A stretch of 64,000 nt of DNA from Escherichia coli (GTDB lineage: Bacteria > Pseudomonadota > Gammaproteobacteria > Enterobacterales > Enterobacteriaceae): NCBI RefSeq assembly GCF_030013205.1, contig NZ_CP122648.1; one strand, 5' to 3'. Below, piece after piece: positions 60,344 through 64,000 of this stretch. Positions within the stretch are counted from its first letter, which is position 1, and each line of letters begins with the position of its first letter. The translations under genes were made by a program, and so were the position numbers. Under the pieces are notes generated by a model, which was given only the letters and a program-made list of their open reading frames with translations, was not told the origin of the DNA and searched no databases.

Positions 60344-63184
60344 ATGAAGCCGCTCTCTTCACCGTTACAGCAGTACTGGCAGACCGTTGTTGAGCGGCTG
60401 CCAGAGCCTTTAGCCGAGGAATCACTTAGCGCACAGGCGAAGTCAGTACTTACTTTTAGTGATTTTGTGCAGGACAGCATAATTGCGCATCCAGAGTGGC
60501 TGACGGAACTGGAAAGCCAACCGCCGCAGGCCGACGAATGGCAGCATTACGCTGCCTGGTTGCAGGAGGCGCTCAGTAATGTGAGTGACGAAGCCGGGTT
60601 AATGCGTGAACTGCGGCTATTCCGGCGGCGCATTATGGTGCGCATTGCCTGGGAGCAAACGCTGGCACTGGTTACTGAAGAGAGCATATTGCAGCAGCTC
60701 AGCCATCTGGCGGAGACGCTGATTGTTGCGGCGCGTGACTGGCTGTATGACGCCTGCTGCCGCGAATGGGGAACGCCGTGCAATGCGCAGGGCGAAGCGC
60801 AACCGCTGCTGATTTTAGGCATGGGTAAGCTGGGCGGTGGGGAGCTGAATTTCTCCTCTGATATCGATCTGATTTTTGCCTGGCCGGAACATGGTTGTAC
60901 GCAGGGTGGACGCCGGGAACTGGATAACGCCCAGTTTTTTACCCGCATGGGGCAGCGGCTGATTAAAGTGCTGGATCAACCAACACAGGATGGCTTCGTC
61001 TATCGCGTGGATATGCGGCTGCGTCCGTTTGGCGAAAGTGGCCCGCTGGTGCTGAGCTTTGCGGCGCTGGAAGATTATTACCAGGAGCAAGGGCGCGACT
61101 GGGAGCGTTACGCGATGGTCAAGGCGCGGATTATGGGCGATAGCGAAGGCGTCTATGCTAACGAGTTGCGTGCGATGCTGCGCCCGTTTGTTTTCCGCCG
61201 TTACATCGATTTCAGCGTCATCCAGTCGCTGCGCAATATGAAAGGGATGATTGCCCGCGAAGTGCGTCGACGCGGTTTGACCGACAACATCAAACTTGGC
61301 GCGGGTGGCATTCGTGAAATTGAATTTATCGTCCAGGTATTCCAGCTTATTCGCGGCGGGCGCGAGCCGTCGCTGCAATCGCGCTCTTTACTACCAACGC
61401 TCAGCGCTATTGCCGAGCTGCATCTGCTTTCTGAAAACGATGCTGAACAATTGCGAGTGGCGTATCTGTTCCTGCGGCGTCTGGAAAACCTGCTGCAAAG
61501 CATTAACGACGAACAAACCCAGACGCTTCCTTCTGATGAGCTTAACCGTGCGCGGCTGGCGTGGGCGATGGACTTTGCTGACTGGCCGCAACTGACCGGG
61601 GCGCTGACCGGACATATAACCAATGTGCGCCGGGTGTTTAATGAATTGATTGGCGACGACGAAAGCGAAACACAGGAAGAGTCGCTGTCGGAACAGTGGC
61701 GTGAGCTGTGGCAGGATGCGTTGCAGGAAGATGACACTACGCCAGTGCTGGCGCATCTTAGCGAAGATGATCGCAAACAGGTGCTGAAGCTGATTGCTGA
61801 TTTCCGCAAAGAGCTGGATAAGCGCACTATTGGGCCGCGAGGACGTCAGGTGCTCGACCATCTGATGCCGCATCTGCTAAGTGATGTCTGTGCGCGTGAA
61901 GACGCTGCTGTCACGCTGTCGCGCATTACCGCCTTGCTGGTGGGAATTGTTACCCGCACTACCTATTTAGAATTGCTTAGTGAATTTCCTGCGGCGCTTA
62001 AGCATTTGATTTCTCTGTGTGCCGCATCGCCGATGATTGCCAGCCAGCTAGCGCGTTATCCATTATTGCTGGATGAATTGCTCGATCCAAATACCCTTTA
62101 CCAACCAACGGCGACGGATGCCTATCGTGATGAACTGCGCCAGTATTTGCTGCGTGTGCCGGAAGATGACGAAGAACAACAGCTTGAGGCGCTGCGTCAG
62201 TTCAAACAGGCGCAACTGTTACGTATTGCGGCAGCGGATATCGCCGGTACGCTACCGGTAATGAAAGTGAGCGATCACTTAACCTGGCTGGCGGAGGCTA
62301 TGATAGATGCCGTCGTTCAGCAGGCGTGGGTTCAAATGGTTGCCCGCTACGGTAAGCCAAATCACCTGAACGAACGCGAAGGGCGTGGTTTTGCGGTGGT
62401 CGGCTACGGCAAGCTGGGCGGCTGGGAGTTAGGCTACAGTTCCGATCTTGACCTGATCTTCCTCCATGATTGCCCAATGGATGCGATGACTGACGGCGAG
62501 CGGGAAATCGACGGGCGACAGTTTTATCTGCGTCTGGCGCAACGCATTATGCATCTGTTCAGTACGCGAACCTCTTCCGGCATTTTGTATGAAGTGGATG
62601 CACGGTTGCGTCCGTCCGGGGCGGCGGGAATGCTGGTGACATCCGCAGAAGCGTTTGCCGATTATCAGAAAAACGAGGCCTGGACGTGGGAACATCAGGC
62701 GCTGGTGCGTGCGCGTGTAGTGTACGGCGATCCGCAGCTCACCGCGCACTTTGACGCAGTACGCCGGGAGATTATGACGCTGCCGCGCGAAGGCAAAACC
62801 CTGCAAACAGAAGTGCGGGAAATGCGCGAGAAAATGCGTGCCCATCTCGGCAATAAACATCGCGATCGCTTTGATATCAAAGCCGATGAAGGCGGAATTA
62901 CCGATATCGAATTTATTACTCAATATCTGGTGTTGCGCTACGCTCATGAAAAACCGAAGTTAACGCGTTGGTCAGACAACGTGCGCATTCTGGAACTACT
63001 GGCGCAAAACGACATTATGGAAGAGCAGGAAGCGATGGCGCTGACCCGTGCTTACACGACGCTGCGCGATGAACTTCATCATCTGGCATTACAGGAATTG
63101 CCGGGCCATGTGTCGGAGGATTGCTTCACCGCAGAGCGTGAACTGGTGCGGGCAAGCTGGCAGAAGTGGCTGGTGGAAGAATGA
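60344..63184 (+). CDS. glnE: Glutamine synthetase adenylyltransferase / adenylyl-removing enzyme GlnE
   Basis: ORF 60140..63184; recognised start at internal [26 protein letters not shown] (946 aa). Confidence 0.9.
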   Translation: MKPLSSPLQQYWQTVVERLPEPLAEESLSAQAKSVLTFSDFVQDSIIAHPEWLTELESQPPQADEWQHYAAWLQEALSNVSDEAGLMRELRLFRRRIMVRIAWEQTLALVTEESILQQLSHLAETLIVAARDWLYDACCREWGTPCNAQGEAQPLLILGMGKLGGGELNFSSDIDLIFAWPEHGCTQGGRRELDNAQFFTRMGQRLIKVLDQPTQDGFVYRVDMRLRPFGESGPLVLSFAALEDYYQEQGRDWERYAMVKARIMGDSEGVYANELRAMLRPFVFRRYIDFSVIQSLRNMKGMIAREVRRRGLTDNIKLGAGGIREIEFIVQVFQLIRGGREPSLQSRSLLPTLSAIAELHLLSENDAEQLRVAYLFLRRLENLLQSINDEQTQTLPSDELNRARLAWAMDFADWPQLTGALTGHITNVRRVFNELIGDDESETQEESLSEQWRELWQDALQEDDTTPVLAHLSEDDRKQVLKLIADFRKELDKRTIGPRGRQVLDHLMPHLLSDVCAREDAAVTLSRITALLVGIVTRTTYLELLSEFPAALKHLISLCAASPMIASQLARYPLLLDELLDPNTLYQPTATDAYRDELRQYLLRVPEDDEEQQLEALRQFKQAQLLRIAAADIAGTLPVMKVSDHLTWLAEAMIDAVVQQAWVQMVARYGKPNHLNEREGRGFAVVGYGKLGGWELGYSSDLDLIFLHDCPMDAMTDGEREIDGRQFYLRLAQRIMHLFSTRTSSGILYEVDARLRPSGAAGMLVTSAEAFADYQKNEAWTWEHQALVRARVVYGDPQLTAHFDAVRREIMTLPREGKTLQTEVREMREKMRAHLGNKHRDRFDIKADEGGITDIEFITQYLVLRYAHEKPKLTRWSDNVRILELLAQNDIMEEQEAMALTRAYTTLRDELHHLALQELPGHVSEDCFTAERELVRASWQKWLVEE

Positions 63185-63231
63185 AGTATGGTATTATCGC
63201 GCGCAAATTTTGAATCTCTCAGGAGACAGGA

Positions 63232-64000
63232 ATGAAAGTAACGCTGCCAGAGTTTGAACGTGCAGGAGTGATGGTGGTTGGTGATGTGATGCTGGATCGT
63301 TACTGGTACGGCCCCACCAGTCGTATCTCGCCGGAAGCGCCGGTGCCCGTGGTTAAAGTAAATACCATCGAAGAACGTCCGGGCGGCGCGGCTAACGTGG
63401 CGATGAATATCGCTTCTCTCGGTGCTAATGCACGCCTGGTCGGGTTGACGGGCATTGACGATGCGGCGCGCGCGCTGAGTAAATCTCTGGCCGACGTCAA
63501 CGTCAAATGCGACTTTGTTTCTGTACCGACGCATCCGACTATCACCAAATTACGGGTACTTTCCCGCAACCAACAGCTGATCCGTCTGGATTTCGAAGAA
63601 GGTTTCGAAGGGGTTGATCCGCAGCCGCTGCACGAGCGGATTAATCAGGCACTGAGTTCGATTGGCGCGCTGGTGCTTTCTGACTACGCCAAAGGTGCGC
63701 TGGCAAGCGTACAGCAGATGATCCAACTGGCGCGTAAAGCGGGTGTTCCGGTGCTGATTGATCCAAAAGGTACCGATTTTGAGCGCTACCGCGGCGCTAC
63801 GCTGTTAACGCCGAATCTCTCGGAATTTGAAGCTGTTGTCGGTAAATGTAAGACCGAAGAAGAGATTGTTGAGCGCGGCATGAAACTGATTGCCGATTAC
63901 GAACTCTCGGCTCTGTTGGTGACCCGTTCCGAACAGGGTATGTCGCTGCTGCAACCGGGTAAAGCACCGCTGCATATGCCAACTCAGGCGCAGGAAGTGT
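63232..64000 (+). CDS. hldE: Bifunctional heptose-7-phosphate kinase / heptose-1-phosphate adenylyltransferase HldE (RfaE), N-terminal part; continues beyond window end
   Basis: ATG at 63232 with [56 protein letters not shown]... Confidence 0.9.

Overview
This window reads as Escherichia coli-type chromosome, in reverse orientation relative to the K-12 map, running yqjA-exuR-exuT-uxaCA-ygjV-sstT-alx-ygjRQP-rlmG-fadH-ygjKJI-ebgCAR-ygjH-patA-aer-yqjI-yqjH, then tRNA ileX-mug-rpoD-dnaG-rpsU-tsaD-ttdTBA-ttdR-plsY-folB-uppP-cca-ygiM-ygiF-glnE-hldE. Gene identities come from recognising the translated ORFs; no database search was run. Two segments are not explained by the core gene order. (1) An ~11 kb integrative island (about 33363-44409) sits at the 3' end of tRNA ileX, bounded by a 45-bp direct repeat of the tRNA 3' end. 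It carries a tyrosine integrase, an excisionase-type HTH gene, a P4-alpha-like primase followed by a TGTTCACC iteron array, an SSB-like gene, a ClpP/S49-like prohead protease fused to a capsid-like domain, and a lambda Nu1-like small terminase. There is no portal, large terminase or tail gene, so it looks like a phage satellite (P4-like replication module with a lambdoid-type packaging-hijack module). It also holds an AT-rich cargo ORF, a 72-bp element duplicated ahead of both packaging operons, and a hairpin-dense non-coding stretch with a small hydrophobic ORF near attR. (2) Between fadH and ygjK lies a 513-codon ORF built from three tandem, diverged ~150-aa repeat units that I cannot assign to any family. 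The higBA pair that sits between rlmG and fadH in K-12 appears absent. Manually counted coordinates of non-CDS features may be off by 1-2 nt; the displayed sequence and the ORF track disagree by 1 nt at one point I checked.
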